Shown here in pieces: positions 39,960-54,225 of a stretch of DNA of 64,000 bases; the first letter of the stretch is position 1, and each line of letters begins with the position of its first letter. The notes beneath the pieces are model-generated. The model made no database searches and was not told where the DNA came from. It saw nothing but the letters and a program-made list of their open reading frames with translations. The translations under genes and the position numbers were made by a program. Where the stretch lies: positions 65,100,001-65,164,000 of the forward strand of contig OX597828.1 of assembly GCA_951406725.2 (NCBI GenBank). The letters are read 5' to 3'. Origin of the DNA: Octopus vulgaris (taxonomy: Eukaryota).

Positions 39960-41210
39960 GTATTTAACTGAATAAAAGGAACTTAATATTTATATAATAG
40001 CAGAAGATTTTGATGCTGTGTATATCAGGCAGCTGTCTATCAAAACGGTATTTAATCAAGGCCGAACTGAAATCAAAATGATATGACATAGCACAGACAA
40101 ATCTTGAAGACAAGTTTGATAACATAATTTGAGAGGTCAAGCACTTGGTAGGCATTATAACTATTTTTACACAGGTTCTACATAAGTAATCTCAAATGAT
40201 TTTATAACCACTGCATATACAGCAAGCTTGTGACTAACGAGTAAGCAGGTGAAAAAGAGATAGCATTGTTATGTCGAGATGTGCAATCTGAAGAGAAAGC
40301 AATCACCGAAGAAACCTTGCTAGTTTACGATTTCATAAAAGATATTAACGGCTGCTTCAATCATTGTATTTTAAAAAAGTACGTAGTACCCTAGTTACTG
40401 CTGAATTACTCTCACAGATATACTGAACCATTCTTTGCTGAAAGTAAGTTGGCTGTTTCCGATTCTATAAATATTTAAAAGAAACTGTTTCGGAGTTTGT
40501 TTATTTAGTCTCTAAAATCAGTCATTTTCTGGGGAAATACAACGTAGTTATATACTACAATAGCAAGAAGCACATTTGTAAGACATCATTTATGTTGATC
40601 TACACTGAAAATATTTACAATGCTGAGAAACTGCTAGATTTAATCAAAATATTTCAAAGAGTGTGCCACAGAAATACAGTGTATGCAAAAGAAATTTCAA
40701 TATCCAACGTAGAACATAAAAAAAAAACTACATGAAAAACCTATTTCTCAACTTCTTCCAAATCATCGTCCCTGGATTCTGTTTATCTGCAAAATATGAA
40801 CTATAAATACGTGGCTATTGACGAAAATGTGTCTTGTAAAATTGTTGTCGATACATATAGAACAGAACAAAAAGGCTTCAAAAAGTATGACAATTCATAC
40901 AACGACCATATACCAAAATGCATTTACAGTGTCTTCCTGATATCAATATTCAGGATGCTCACTCTGTGAAGAAATACTCTCCATCCATTCAAAAAACAAC
41001 GAAGAGAAATATCCACAGATATAATCTTACCAACAGACTCTAAAGAAATACCAAAAGGTGAGCTTTATGATTAGTCGAAACAACTTTTGATTGTTCTATG
41101 ATATTCAAACATCGCGTAACAGACAATTGCACAAATACATCGACTATATGTTCAACTTCCTAAATAGAGAAACATCTTGAGAAGCGATTACTGATATCAA
41201 GTAGTTCATA
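39960..41210 (+). pseudogene. Decayed coding sequence, possibly an endogenised RNA-virus L (RdRp) fragment
   Basis: Frame 40478-40968 has one internal stop in ~163 codons of AT-rich DNA and the adjacent frame 40254-40474 has one; no microsatellites; motif resemblance described in findings. Confidence 0.45.
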
Positions 41211-41436
41211 CACATCTACATACACATATGTGCACTTATGTTTGTGTGGGTTAGCAGTGTGTAGATATGTGGTCGTATTTAATGACAGGGAAAGAGAGAA
41301 GATGAAAGCGCAGTTTGTATCTATGTGTGTATTATACTCAGAAAATTGAGTGCAATACAGGGAATAGTATGAAGTTTCTTTACTAGAAATACGCAAGCAT
41401 GTATTCAATTCATTTACCATTAGGAATTATGGAAGC

Positions 41437-41610
41437 AGTGGCGCAGCTAGAGGAGAGGGTGAGGAGCGGTCCTTTTTGGGTGGACGTTTCATAGGAGTAG
41501 CACTTTGGGGTTTGCTGTATAAGCCTATATAAGTTTGGACGTCCGATACGGAGCAGCAAACTCAATGATTGTTCCAGGCAGTATACACTTTAGCTTCTGG
41601 CTATGTTACT
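41437..41610. mobile_element. Possible hAT-type MITE
   Basis: Ends cagtggcgcagctag / ctggctatgttactg (10/15 inverted match); no clear TSD. Confidence 0.35.
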
Positions 41611-41767
41611 GCGAAGAAATGAGCATATTGTATTGGTGAGTTTATTTGGGGAATTAGTAGAGTAAATGTAATAGCTTCGACTGAAGCTCGAACTTCTTCC
41701 GTAGAAACTAAAGTTCGTAATGTCAATGTACTGCAGCTAGACAAGTAATATGCACAAAACAATAAAT

Positions 41768-42240
41768 TTAACCCCTAACTGCTACCATGGGGTCAATATG
41801 ACCCCAGCATTATTTAAAACACTGTCAGGTTTTATGATTCAATATTCTACCTTTTTTAATGTTCTTTCTTATTAACTGTTTACATTCTTGCAATTTCGTC
41901 TCCATTGTAGTTGTTGTTGTTGTTGTTGTTGTTGTTGCTGTTGTTGCTGTTGTTGTTGTTGTTGTTGTGGTTACATTCTTCTGGTTTGGGTCAAATTGAC
42001 TCCATAGTGCTCTCTATGATATAAATATATATATGTCTTTGCTTTTAGGCTTTGTGGCATCCGAAGCAATGAACAATATCTGAAAGGCAATGTCTAAAAT
42101 GAACAACGTCTAAAGTTGGATCCATAGAAGTTGATGGAGATCTTACAAGAGACAAATGATACGATCAACAGCGAAGAGGAGGACGATAATACAAGTGATT
42201 CTGAATCTGGAGAGAACCAAGACATTTTTAAAAATCACTG
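41768..42240 (+). mobile_element. piggyBac-like 5' end
   Basis: TTAA-CCC start, palindromic subterminal ggggtcaatatgacccc repeated as gggtcaaattgactcc (~41989), then acidic N-terminus MEILQETNDTINSEEEDDNTSDSESGE. Confidence 0.65.
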
Positions 42241-43326
42241 CAATTTTAAAAACCTTTACAACAGATTTCGTTTGATGGCAGACATCATTGTATTGTGCAA
42301 CTCGTCCAGGAGCTACTATGTTTTTAGATTCTCTGAAAGTAAATTGAAACTTGCCACGAAATGTAATCTTGCTCCTTTTTCTACACTGTATCATTTTAAA
42401 TCCTGTGCCCATGTATGTTGAAAACTAAGTACTAAAATTGGCAATCAAATATTTCAAGTATTTCATTTATCACAAAGTTTTTCACTTTATAAACTTATCG
42501 CCAACGTAATGCTTAGTGTATTGCGCATCAAACTCTTACAAATGAAGTTTTCTATAAAAGAACATTCAGCTGCAAACGTGAAGGCTTTTCAAATAAGATT
42601 AATTTCTGCCATTGAACTTCCAAACTTCAGTAAGCAGAACGCCGTACATACTTCTTGTGTTGCTTATACGTGTTAAGTTGTATCTTTTAGAAAAAGTCGT
42701 TTGATATCAAAATAAACATTAAAATTAACTAATTGTCTTTAAGTTTCAAATATACTAATTAGACACAACAATTTTCCAAATTTCCAAGTGGGTTATATTC
42801 TGTAATAAACCTGTTATAAGTTTTATGATATTTGGATAAAATTCTATTAGTACAGTTGCAGAGAGTAAGATCGCCTCAATGAAATTTATACAAATAAAAT
42901 TCATAGAATTTTCCCCGATTATTTATTTTTTTATTTTATTTTATTTTTTGTCATACTCTCGTTGTACAGAAAAGCTGAGAATGTCAATAGATAGCCTAGC
43001 GTTTTTAAAATTTAATATAAATGCCTGTTCGTTCCTTAACCGTTAAAGAGAAATAAGGTATGTAGGAACGTAATATGGTAATGACCGCAATTTTGTTGAA
43101 TTAAATTGGACTCTTGGCTGTTGACAGAGAGGTTGTGGCAATGATACCTAATTCCCTTCAGTATAACACATAAGTTTATTCCATTTTATACAGAAAGATG
43201 TTTTTAAAATCTAGGTCTGTTGGTGAATATATGTTTTCAAGACTGAAAATTTCCTCTGACCAAAATGACTACTTTTTAAAAACACTTCTACAATCTCCAC
43301 TAAGTTCACAGTTGTTTAAAATATTA

Positions 43327-43512
43327 GTTTCAAATTTTGCCACAAAGCCAGCGAAATCGAGGGAGAGTGTAAGTCAATTATTCATACTTATTTTATCGCT
43401 CTGAAAGGATTAAAATCGACCCCGGTGAAATTTGAACTCAGAACGTTAAGGCAGACGAAACTTTGCTAAGCATTTGCCCGGCGTGCTAACGATTGTGCCA
43501 ACTCGCCGCCTT
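43327..43512 (-). mobile_element. SINE group A (tail type 2)
   Basis: Consensus match; imperfect TSD agttgttta.a.tatt. Confidence 0.82.
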
Positions 43513-43963
43513 GGAGTTGTTTACAGTATTGAGGAATATACAGTATATGAATATATAGTCTATGATTACAGAGTCTATGAAGAAGTAAAAATAATCAATT
43601 TCTTGTTTTTGTTTGATCATAAATCATTTTGTATTATCCCACTCCCTACAAATCAGTGAATTTTATAATGCATTCAGGTGTGGGCTTGGCAGTCTTGTGT
43701 TCTGTTTGTTTTGTGGTTGTGCTATGCTTAGTTCTTATTTTTTATTTTTAGTCTATTTTGTGTGATTTCCTTGAGATTTTATCTCCAAGAAACGTATGAA
43801 TAGAAGAGAAAATGTAAAGATAATGGAAAAGAGACATAGAGGGAGAGAGAGGAGGGCTTAAGGGGGAAGCAATATCCTACATAGTTCAAGCAGTTGAGCA
43901 TGTGTTTGTTCGTATATGAGTACATGAGAAGATTGTATTGTACACATGCACACGCACACACAA

Positions 43964-44023
<60 letters not shown>

Positions 44024-44207
44024 TACAGACAGACAGAGGTGGGGAGAGAGAGAGAGAAGACTGTTAACTGTTCTGTCAGATAAATCATTGGTATGCGTCT
44101 CTGGTATATTTGACTTTGCCAGTATGCCTTTTTTCCACACGAACTTATCAGCTACATATGTGTCTGTGAATATGTGTATGAGTGTGTTTGTGCGTGTGTG
44201 TGTATGT

Positions 44208-44243
<36 letters not shown>

Positions 44244-44836
44244 GGTTGGGTGCATAAATAAATAATCTTACGAAAAAGAGGATACAAACACATTTGTAAA
44301 TTTTGTACAAGAAAGTAAAGGAAAGTCTAAGTATATATATACTATATATTTGTCACAACAAGTTGTCTTGAGTGACACATAAATACGAAGTGAAGTTTCT
44401 CTCTAGTTACTAGTATTACCATCACCAATACTTGTACAAAGTGTCCTGTGCAATTTATTCTTATCAGTATTCTTATCACTGATACTAATATTATTGCCAA
44501 CACCAACGGTAACTAAGCCATACCAATCTCGACACCAACTCACAGGCGAGATCTATATACAATAACAACAATTGTGTGAGTTATCTTATTTCCTCGAAAT
44601 AGCAGGAAAATCCGATTTAGGGGAAAGTTAAGCAGCCAAGAATGTGCTCTAAAACGCATTCCGAAATATAAAAGACAGGAATATTTTCTGACCAGAGGTT
44701 TTCTTCGTCAGAATTTCTCTGGGTTTAAGCAACGGTAACTATACAGAAGCTAAGTCTATTGCGAATATCGCCACCACAAAGAACATCTGTGCATACATAC
44801 GTAGATAGATGGATAGACAGATAGATAGATAGATAT

Positions 44837-44903
<67 letters not shown>

Positions 44904-44942
44904 CATAGTCTGACAGAGAGACAGACAGACAGACAGATAATT

Positions 44943-45213
44943 CTACTTTTACCTGTTTCAGTCATTTGACTGGGGCCATGCTGGAAGAAATCGACCCCTG
45001 GACTTATTCTTTGCAAGCTTGGTGCTTATTCTATCAGTTCCTTCTGCCGAACCGCTAAGTTACGGGGACGCAAACACACCAACAGCGGTTGTCAAGCGAT
45101 GGTGGGGGAACAAACATAGGCACAAGCTCAGACACACAAACAAATACATATCCATACATATATATATATATACATATGTGTGCGTATGTGTGTATATATA
45201 TGTATATATATGG

Positions 45214-45264
<51 letters not shown>

Positions 45265-45425
45265 ACGGGCTTCTTTCAGTTTCCGTTCACCAAATCCACT
45301 CACAAATCTTTGGTCGACCCGAGACTATAGTAGAAGACAATTACCCAAAGTGCCACGCAGCGGGACTGAACCTGGTACCATGTGGCTGGGAAGCAAGCTT
45401 CCTACCACCCAGCCACGCCTATGCC
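44943..45425 (-). mobile_element. SINE group B
   Basis: Reverse complement of the consensus with an expanded internal TA/TG tract. Confidence 0.9.
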
Positions 45426-45791
45426 TATGATAGATATGTTCTCTTCCATCTTAAAGTATGTGAAATTTGCCTGTAAGGAAGGTACATATTACAAACATTT
45501 ATTGTCTATGATGTGATGACAACATTTTTATCACTCGAAACTGCGACCTGGTCACTGACAACGTTGGACGTACCATAACGTATCATCAAACAGAATGTAA
45601 AATCTGGTTATTGATAATTTTGTAATTAAGTCGCCGCTAGTTAAGTAAGTATACACAGTTGATTTCAGTAATGTCATTATTACCACCAGCGAAATCGCGA
45701 TCACAAATATAACCACCGAAATGCCAGTATCATTAAGAGTTATCAATATCACCGCATTAAATCTAACATTAGACAAATAAAAGACACTGCA

Positions 45792-45838
<47 letters not shown>

Positions 45839-45839
45839 T

Positions 45840-46070
45840 TTAATCCAAACGGGAAAACAAAAAAACAACAACAATGGAACAATTACAGTATTATTATTAA
45901 TAGGCGCTCAGGAAATGGAAGCAGGAAGGTATGACGTTTCGAGCGGAGCTCTTCGTCGGAAACATAAAGAAGGAAGAGAGAGGAAAGAAAGATCCCAAAG
46001 CGGGCAACAGGGGATAGAGAAAAAAAACGACTGGTGTTTACGAGTTACACATGGTAGAGACACACGTACA
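45840..46070 (-). mobile_element. Penelope-like terminal fragment with hammerhead motif
   Basis: Minus strand 45929-45963: gttt-CCGACGA-A-GAGC-tcc-GCTC-GAA-ACGT-C-atac (GUC cleavage triplet); related to the 37130 family. Confidence 0.7.
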
Positions 46071-46382
46071 AACAAATTCGCGCGGGCATTACACCTACAC
46101 ATACAACAAGTATTCAAATAACCTTTAAATATAGCGTGGAGTGACAACGTCAAGCGAACGCTACCCCCGCCCCCCCCGCCCCCCGCTCCTCGATCAATTC
46201 TCTTCGCTCTACAGCAAAGATTTTGGAATATAAACACAGCTCCGAACGTTAATGTAAACCAGTGCAGTTGTTGTTTCTAGAACTTCACTTTCTAGCCATG
46301 AGCTAAGCATCCCAACTTATACTCTGCTGTTTATTCACTCGCTATCTCTTACCAGTTTCACGGTTCATAAAACCATATCATT

Positions 46383-46570
46383 TGCTGCTGCTGCTGCTGC
46401 TGCTGCTACTACTACTACTACTACTACATACTACTACTACTACAGCTGCTGCTGCTGCTACTACTACCGCTATTGCAGATACTGATGCTGCTACTACTAA
46501 AACTACTACTACTACCGCTATTGCAGATGCTAATGCTGCTACTACTACTACTACAAATACTACTTAACTT

Positions 46571-46627
<57 letters not shown>

Positions 46628-46658
46628 CAGTAGTAGCAGCAGCAGTAGTAGTAGTAGC

Positions 46659-46729
<71 letters not shown>

Positions 46730-46730
46730 C
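46383..46730. repeat. (CTG/CTA)n followed by inverted (AGT)n microsatellite
   Basis: Direct reading. Confidence 0.95.
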
Positions 46731-47089
46731 TGCAACATTAGTAGAAGTATTTGTGGTGGAAGCTGAGCGCGGTTAGTTGAGTTAGTTGTTATCTCCCAGC
46801 AGTAGTATAGTTGATACTGTTTTTGATTTTTTTTAAACACTTTTAGCTTTGGATGGGATATTGTATTTACTTTTCCGTTTGTTTCCAACTGACAAGTTTA
46901 ACCCGAAAACCCTGTGTATGTAAGAAAAGGCTAACGGGTAAAAACCTCTATCGGTCATGAATGATCATAGGATTGAACCTAGAAAGTTACCCTCGGAAGC
47001 ACAAGTCCGAGCAAAGTAATTTATGGAAGACCGGCAGTCGCCCAGGCTTACCAGCGTCCCCTATCTACACCCGTTGTGTATATATACCT

Positions 47090-47321
47090 AATTCTTTACT
47101 ACCCACAAGGGGCTAAACACAGAGGGGACAAACAAGGACAGATAAACGGATTCAGTCGGTTACATCGACTCCACGGCGTAACTGGTACTTATTTAATCGA
47201 CCCCGAAAGGATGAAAGGCAAAGTCGACCTTGACGGAATTTGAACTCAGAACGTAGCGGCAGACGAAATACTGCTAAGCATTTAGCCCGGCGTGCTAATG
47301 TTTCTGCCATCTCGCCGCCTC
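47090..47321 (-). mobile_element. SINE group A, young (tail type 1)
   Basis: TSD ttgtgtatata(t/c)acct at 47074-47089 and 47323-47338. Confidence 0.92.
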
Positions 47322-47399
47322 ATTGTGTATATACACCTTTATATAAACATACATACACTCATATACATGAACATCTTTAAATATACATAGACATCTTAA

Positions 47400-47714
47400 A
47401 ATCACCGTGATCACCGTGACCAACAAGGCTATCAGATGTTGCTACACATCGCTGGTCACAATGCGCTTCGCTTTGTTTTAGCCTTCAAATGACGCCACCT
47501 AGTTGGCTAAGCGAGCAGGCCAACAGAAGAAAGAGAGAGAGAAAGTTGTGGCGAAAGAGTACAGGAGGGATCGCCACCACTCCCTGCCGGAGCCGCGTGG
47601 AGCTTTTAGGTGTTTTCTCTCAATAAACACTCACAACGCCCGGTGTGGGAATCGAAACCACGATCCTACAACCGCGAGTCCGCTGACCTAACCACTGGGC
47701 CATTGCACCTCCAC
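47400..47714 (-). mobile_element. SINE group C with tail ending in (cacggtgat)2
   Basis: Group-C head at 47540-47714; flanks acatct(t)taaa on both sides. Confidence 0.88.
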
Positions 47715-47937
47715 ACATCTTTAAATACAGTACAGAAATGCAGACGCTTACGTGAATATGTAGAAATATATGCATCAGTGGCGACTCGGGTTCCTTTTAT
47801 TGAACCTGGTCGAAGTTCATTTATTTTCGTTCAGCGTTTGGCGGTCGTCTTAGAAGTGCCCTGTGTCAAAAGATATCATTCGTAGCAGACGTCCTCTCGA
47901 CATCGTTCACATGCGCCTGACTCGGGCTCACAAGTTA

Positions 47938-48105
47938 TAGCCCGAGTTGTTGTCTATAATCGTAAAAATTAAAAGTAATTTAAATTCAATGTTTTCTTGA
48001 AACAATGAGTTTCTATAGAGATTAGGATTTAAATTCCAATATATGAAAAGCTTCCGTTCTACAATATTCTTATAGGAACGAAAATTTATCCAGCAACTCG
48101 GGCTA
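47938..48105. mobile_element. MITE-like element
   Basis: Inverted ends tagcccgagttgttg / cagcaactcgggcta (14/15 match), TA at both borders, AT-rich interior. Confidence 0.55.
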
Positions 48106-48456
48106 ATACGAATGAGCTTGGTAGGTGTAAAGGACTAACTGGTATCTCTTGTCAAGCGAAAAGGAGACTGTCAGATCGCTGATGTTTGTCGTCCATTCTG
48201 TTGTAGTTATTTGATTGCTGTTATTTTGTGTGTCTATGTGTAAAGATCAGTTGTGTTTTGCAGGGTTGCTTTATTTTAACTCTTAACTTAGAAATGGAGA
48301 AAGACATAGTGCTAGATATAAAAAATAAGCCATTTGGGGCTAGGAACATTGCGGAGAAACGTGAAATTCGAGCAGGCATATGTCTTATACGAAATCTGTG
48401 AAAAGCCCGACTCTATTGTAATGTGAGATAATACTTTCAGTTTCAAAGAAGTCTGT

Positions 48457-48536
<80 letters not shown>

Positions 48537-48819
48537 TGTATGTATGTATATATGTATATATATATTCCTTATGCATTCCAAAATTTTGACGTATGGGGTA
48601 TCAAAAGATTCAGTACTATTTCGGCTGCAAATTAAACTTAATTTCCATTCACATATTGGCATTTTTAACATTATAACCTTTTCCATAAATCAACTATCGT
48701 AAACATTTTATACGATAACGTCACATTTTCTATGTGCGTGTACCTTAAAAGACATCAATCATCACGACACGCACCTTCACTCACTCACTCTATCTCTATT
48801 TCTCAACCTCTTTCTCTCT

Positions 48820-48857
<38 letters not shown>

Positions 48858-50800
48858 CATTTCATATCGACGTACATACATCTTTCACTTTCTTTCTCTG
48901 TTCTTTTCGCTTTCTCTTCTTTCAATTTCTGCTCTCCTCAAATAAATTTTTACGGATACAACTGCTTACAAAAATAGGGATTAATGTATAATTTCTTTCT
49001 GAGTTCATAATTTTTTGTTTATGATACTGAAAAAAATATGCCACTAAAGAAAAGACATAATCTCTCCAGAAACAAGTATAAAGCCAGGAGGATTGTAGAA
49101 AACCGAAGGCGAGACTCAGAAGAGAGAAGCTAGATGAGATTTTCTCAAGATCAGCAAATGCATGTTCCATCACTTAATGCTGGATCATTAAATCAATGTT
49201 TTAATGATTAGACAGAGGTTTAATAGAATAGCTCTCAAAAACAGATTACGTACAAATTCGTTCTTCATAAGTCCTGAAGCTGTTTTCAGTTATGATCCAT
49301 CCAATTCTTATAAAACTAATAACGGTCCAAATTAGTGTGCTAATCAAATAAATTTTAATTCTATTATTCTGTAAAATAATATTTAATTGGTTTAAATGTA
49401 CATAAATGCATAAAAATAATTTTTAATTCCACTGGACATTCTAAAATACTATTAAATTTCATTCAATTTTAAAATCGATAAAATCGGACAGAACTTATGG
49501 GATGACCTGATATATTGTATACTCTCCCACAGGAAGAGGGATTTTGCAAGGCGGAACAACACTAGTTTTGAGAATCGAGAATTGAGAGGGAAGGGCTTTT
49601 ACAATTTAAAGTGTGCCGCTTTTTGCTTTGTTCTGGGGTATTTTTTGTCTTTTTATTTTTGCTTTTTCTTTCGAAGGTAAGGTTCTTGCCAAAGAGTTAT
49701 GGATTTTTCTTTGATCGTCTCTTTTCCTGTTGATTTACGAGTTGATCCTCTCTTTTATAGTCCATGTATCCACAATAAAAAGATGCATCCACTGGTCGAA
49801 TTAGAATATGTCCTATAGTCATCATATGTGTCTAGTCTCAATGCTTACAAACATCACTAAACACACATATTATAAATATATACACAAATACACTATCTCA
49901 CATAAATAATATATAAAACTGACATATATGCCCATTATTATAGTTCATTCTAAACTATACACTTCACTGATTTCATGTTCTACAGTTTATGCGCTTCAGT
50001 TAATACATGCGCTGCTGTCTGTGTTCATATATATATACTTACATGCATGTAGGCTCCTAAAACGTGCTAACAAACGAATATTCAGATCCATGTGCAGAAA
50101 TAAGCGTAAATACATCTCCATATTTTATTGTTAACTTAATGAATAGAAATATCTTCACGAAAGTATATGGATTTTAGCCGTAAGCTTAGCCCTTCAAATA
50201 TAAATGAACTTGACAACACAGCGTAAAATGATCAGATTATTAACGCTAACGATTCGGGGAATAGTTTAATCTCTCGTAAAAATTGTCACGTCTGTTTCAT
50301 TCATATTGAAATGAGGAAATGAATACCACCAAACAAAAATGAGGCCCGAAACAAATAAATGATTCGCATTCAAATTAAGACAAGTATCAAACATTGACAA
50401 GGATATGCAGGCTCCCGTTTCCAAAGAATTTCACACAAATTGATACCGTGTTGCTCGTGGAAAATCCTAATCTTTACCAAATTTCTTAAGAGCTGATCTA
50501 GATTTTCTGGCATGGATTCAAAACGTGCATTTGCTATTATAGATAGACTAATATACACATGCATTTGACATTATGTATTTGACATTTAACTATATACATT
50601 GGCACACCAGATGGCATGAAATCTTGTGTGAAGAGGTCTGTAAACATTATCTCAACTGAACACAAAATTGCTGATATATGCTATTTTTCTTTTTTGGTGG
50701 TAAGAAATATCTGGCTTTGTATTAATTTGCTGATCTACTTATGGTGCATACTAAAAAGAGCGTCACTTGATTTGTTTGCCAGTTAGAATGGAAAGTGATA

Positions 50801-50832
<32 letters not shown>

Positions 50833-51002
50833 GGGAGAGTTTACGGAAAAAAAAAGACGAAGACAGGTGGTGTACAAAACAAACAGATGTATTAGTATAA
50901 CGCCCAGGAATAGAAAAAGTATTTTATGTTTCCAGCCTACGCTCTTCTACAGAAAGGGACACAGAAAAAACAAGGAGAGAAACAAGGAGAGAAAAAAGGA
51001 GA

Positions 51003-51005
<3 letters not shown>
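50833..51005 (-). mobile_element. Penelope-like terminal fragment (same family as 37130-37345)
   Basis: Reverse-complement match; hammerhead-like motif 50920-50956 partly mutated; in (TA)n. Confidence 0.75.
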
Positions 51006-51040
<35 letters not shown>

Positions 51041-51807
51041 CATCTTATGTTACTGAAGTAATTCCAACAAAAATATGGTGTAACATGTAAGAAATTTTGT
51101 CTCCTGAAATAATTCCAATAAATACATGGCTGTATCTGAAGTTGTGGTGAAATAAATGTCAAGTTATTCCAGACTTCTAAATTGTCGTATAGCACCAGCG
51201 ACATCAACTACTTCTCCGGCAGCGATATTTGACTTGCTTGTTTATTTTCCCACATGGTTTTCAAGAGTTACATTCGTCCAACTCATTGATGTTGTAGTCT
51301 TATAACATCTTATAACAAGTACGGCTTACGTAAAGCTATTTTAAAGTTGAGCAATAATTTAATCAATGTAGAAGCAGTAACTTTCTTATTAGCAGAACCT
51401 GAAACTTGAGTATCTCTTAAACTCCCTACATCGACTTGTTTTATCCGTTATTTCCACGACCGACTCACAGACAATCCAAACACTTTTGATTCTTTACCTT
51501 CAAACGCATCCCTACCATGACTGTCTCTGCCACAATTGGGTCGGTCAACCGTTGCTTTATTGCGGATTCTTAAACCCAAACATTATTACAATACACAGCA
51601 ACAATACCAAACCCAGGGCCTTATGGCAATTCTAATTAGCAAATTAGGGACAGCTCCACCACTTACGAGTAAATTATTCCTGGCAGCACAGACCAATGAG
51701 AAACAGGCGTTTGAGATATTTCGGTATCCTTCTACATCCCCCACAGAAAACAAGCTCCACGTCCAAGTGTTCCATGTGAATCAGTCACAGCGGCGTTATA
51801 ACACTTC

Positions 51808-51879
<72 letters not shown>

Positions 51880-51898
51880 TTCAAGCACATCTTCAACA

Positions 51899-52283
51899 GG
51901 CGCAGGAGTGGCTGTGTGGTAAGTCGGTTGTTTACCAACTACATGGTTCCGGGTTCAGTCCCACTGCGTGGCACCTTGGGCGAGTGTCTTCTACTATAGC
52001 CTCGGGCCGACCAAAGCCTTGTGAGTGGATTTCGTAGACGGAAACTGAAAGCCCGTCGTATATATGTATATATATATATATGCGTGTGTGTATTTGTGTG
52101 TCTGTGTTTGTCCCCCTAGCATTGCTTGACAACCGATGCTGGTGTGTTTATGTCCCCATTACTTAGCGGTTCGGCAAAAGAGACCGATAGAATAAGTATT
52201 GAGCTTACAAAAGAATAAGTCCCGGGGTCGAGTTGCTCGATTAAAGGCGGTGCTCCAGCATGACCAGTCAAATTACTGAAACA
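51899..52283 (+). mobile_element. SINE group B, full length
   Basis: End-to-end consensus match. Confidence 0.92.
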
Positions 52284-53461
52284 AGTAGAAGAGAGTAAAG
52301 AGTATTAACAGATTCAACCAAAATCAAATTAACACCAACCGTTTCAAAATTATACCAAATACCTCAAAATTGGAAGTTAGGTTTAGCTGTTTGACTACCC
52401 CAATACTCATTAATACATGATTTTTCAGTTTTGCAGGGATGACAGGAGAAAAGGGGCGTAACTATATATATATATCACAAGTAATTTCTGTACGCGGTCC
52501 AACGAACTCTGCTACCTCTATGTCATTAATAACAGCAAGAAAGTCATCATCTAAAAGCAGCACCAGTAAAGCAGAGAACGAAATCTTCCACAATACAAAC
52601 AGAATTAACACAGATTATATCGATTTCTTTCGATTAAATACGAACTAAACACTGTATTACTGGTACCCGTCTGAATGGTTCTCCGTAGTTGAATAGACCA
52701 AATCGATATAAGTGTGATGGGAAGTTTGAACAGTAAGGTAGTGAGCGAAATATGTAAAGCATAAAAGACCAGTTTGGAGCTGTTCGCATTAAATCGATCG
52801 CCATAGAATAAACAACAAGACATATTTTTGTGTGATTAGTGCATGCAATGACTGGAGTAGTATGGCGGACAACTAGAACAGACTAAGATTCAGGTCTTCA
52901 TCTTATTTCTCGCTCAACCTCTTGTGAAAATACGAAACAATAAACTGTTACAAACACATCACCCTACTATATATATTTTACGAAGGATAAGCAAAACCTA
53001 GAAAAATACACGTCGATGGCTGGTTTAACCTTCTGTTTTCTTATACAAACTGGTCTGATAGAATGTTGTATAAGGAACTCATAACAAATTATAGTTCGAA
53101 TACTCTTTTCTTTGACAGACACTATTTTTTAGTTATTTAAGACACATTTACATGCTTAGAGTTTTGTTACATACTGTTGCGTATCATCATTTTTTGCTGC
53201 TCTAATGAACGTGGATGATATCTGCTGTTATTTATTCTGACTCCTGCTGAGGTCAACTTTGACATCCATTCTTTCTTTGCCGATAACGTTCCAATTATAT
53301 AGTGATATCGATTTAATCGACAAACAATTATTTAGCGAAACTGTAACCTGTAACCGAGTGACTATATTGGAAACAGTTATTATTGTTGTTCTTCAAGAAA
53401 AGAAATAAAGAATTTCCTTTTTTATAATTGTCATAGTGTTATTGTTTTCTTAAATAATAGG

Positions 53462-53850
53462 GTCCTTAAAAAGACACACAAAACGATCGAGGTACATCGG
53501 GAATATCGTAAGGCAAGATTTAACATCGTATTCAAATGAAGAGCTGTTGAAACAGGATAGAAGAAATCTCATATGTAGCTAAGTGACCGAGAACGGATTC
53601 CCATTAAAGACAATCTGATCGAGCTCACCGCTTCACGGATAACTATTGAAAATATTTGCCCAATCGGTGACGATCTCTGCATTAAGGAGATGCAAGTTTG
53701 CATTATAATAGAAGGCAAGTGTCTCAAACGTGACATCACAAACCACTTAAGGGTCATCTGCCCTGTGGATCAGCTACCCTATGCAGTCATATGTGCTGTG
53801 GTGTCATCTGTCCCAAATACTTGTTATATCTGTAACACAAATACAACCTC
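53462..53850 (+). mobile_element. Old LINE ORF1/gag-like fragment
   Basis: KC-LK-R-DITN-H-LRVI-C (53720-53761) is CX2CX4HX4C with one C>R (tgt>cgt); upstream IVRQDLTSYSNEELL resembles I-group ORF1. Confidence 0.4.
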
Positions 53851-53878
53851 AATAACCATCGCGTATGCAGCAGTAACA

Positions 53879-54225
53879 GCAATGGTTAGGGCAGCGGACT
53901 CGCGGTCGGAGGATCGCGGTTTCGATTCCCAGATCGGGCATTGTGTGTGTTTATTGAGCGAAAACACCTAAAGTTCCACGAACCTCCGGCAGGGAGTGGT
54001 GGTGAACCCTGCTGTACTCTTTCACCACAACTTTCTCTCATTCTTTCTTCCTGTTTCTTGTCCCCGACTTCCTACGCAACCGCTCAGCCTGGATGCGCAT
54101 TCATCCATCCGTCGATGCTCTCGGTGTTGGGGGTTGACCTGCTTTCTCTTCTGCGGGTCTTACGAATAGCAAAGGACCACGTTTCGGACTTCTCCCACTG
54201 GACGAAGACCGCTACGCTCAACAGC
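53879..54225 (+). mobile_element. SINE group C (tail shared with the 57965 copy)
   Basis: Group-C head; tail ...gaccacgtttcggacttctccc...cgctcaac followed by (cagcaa)n. Confidence 0.9.
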
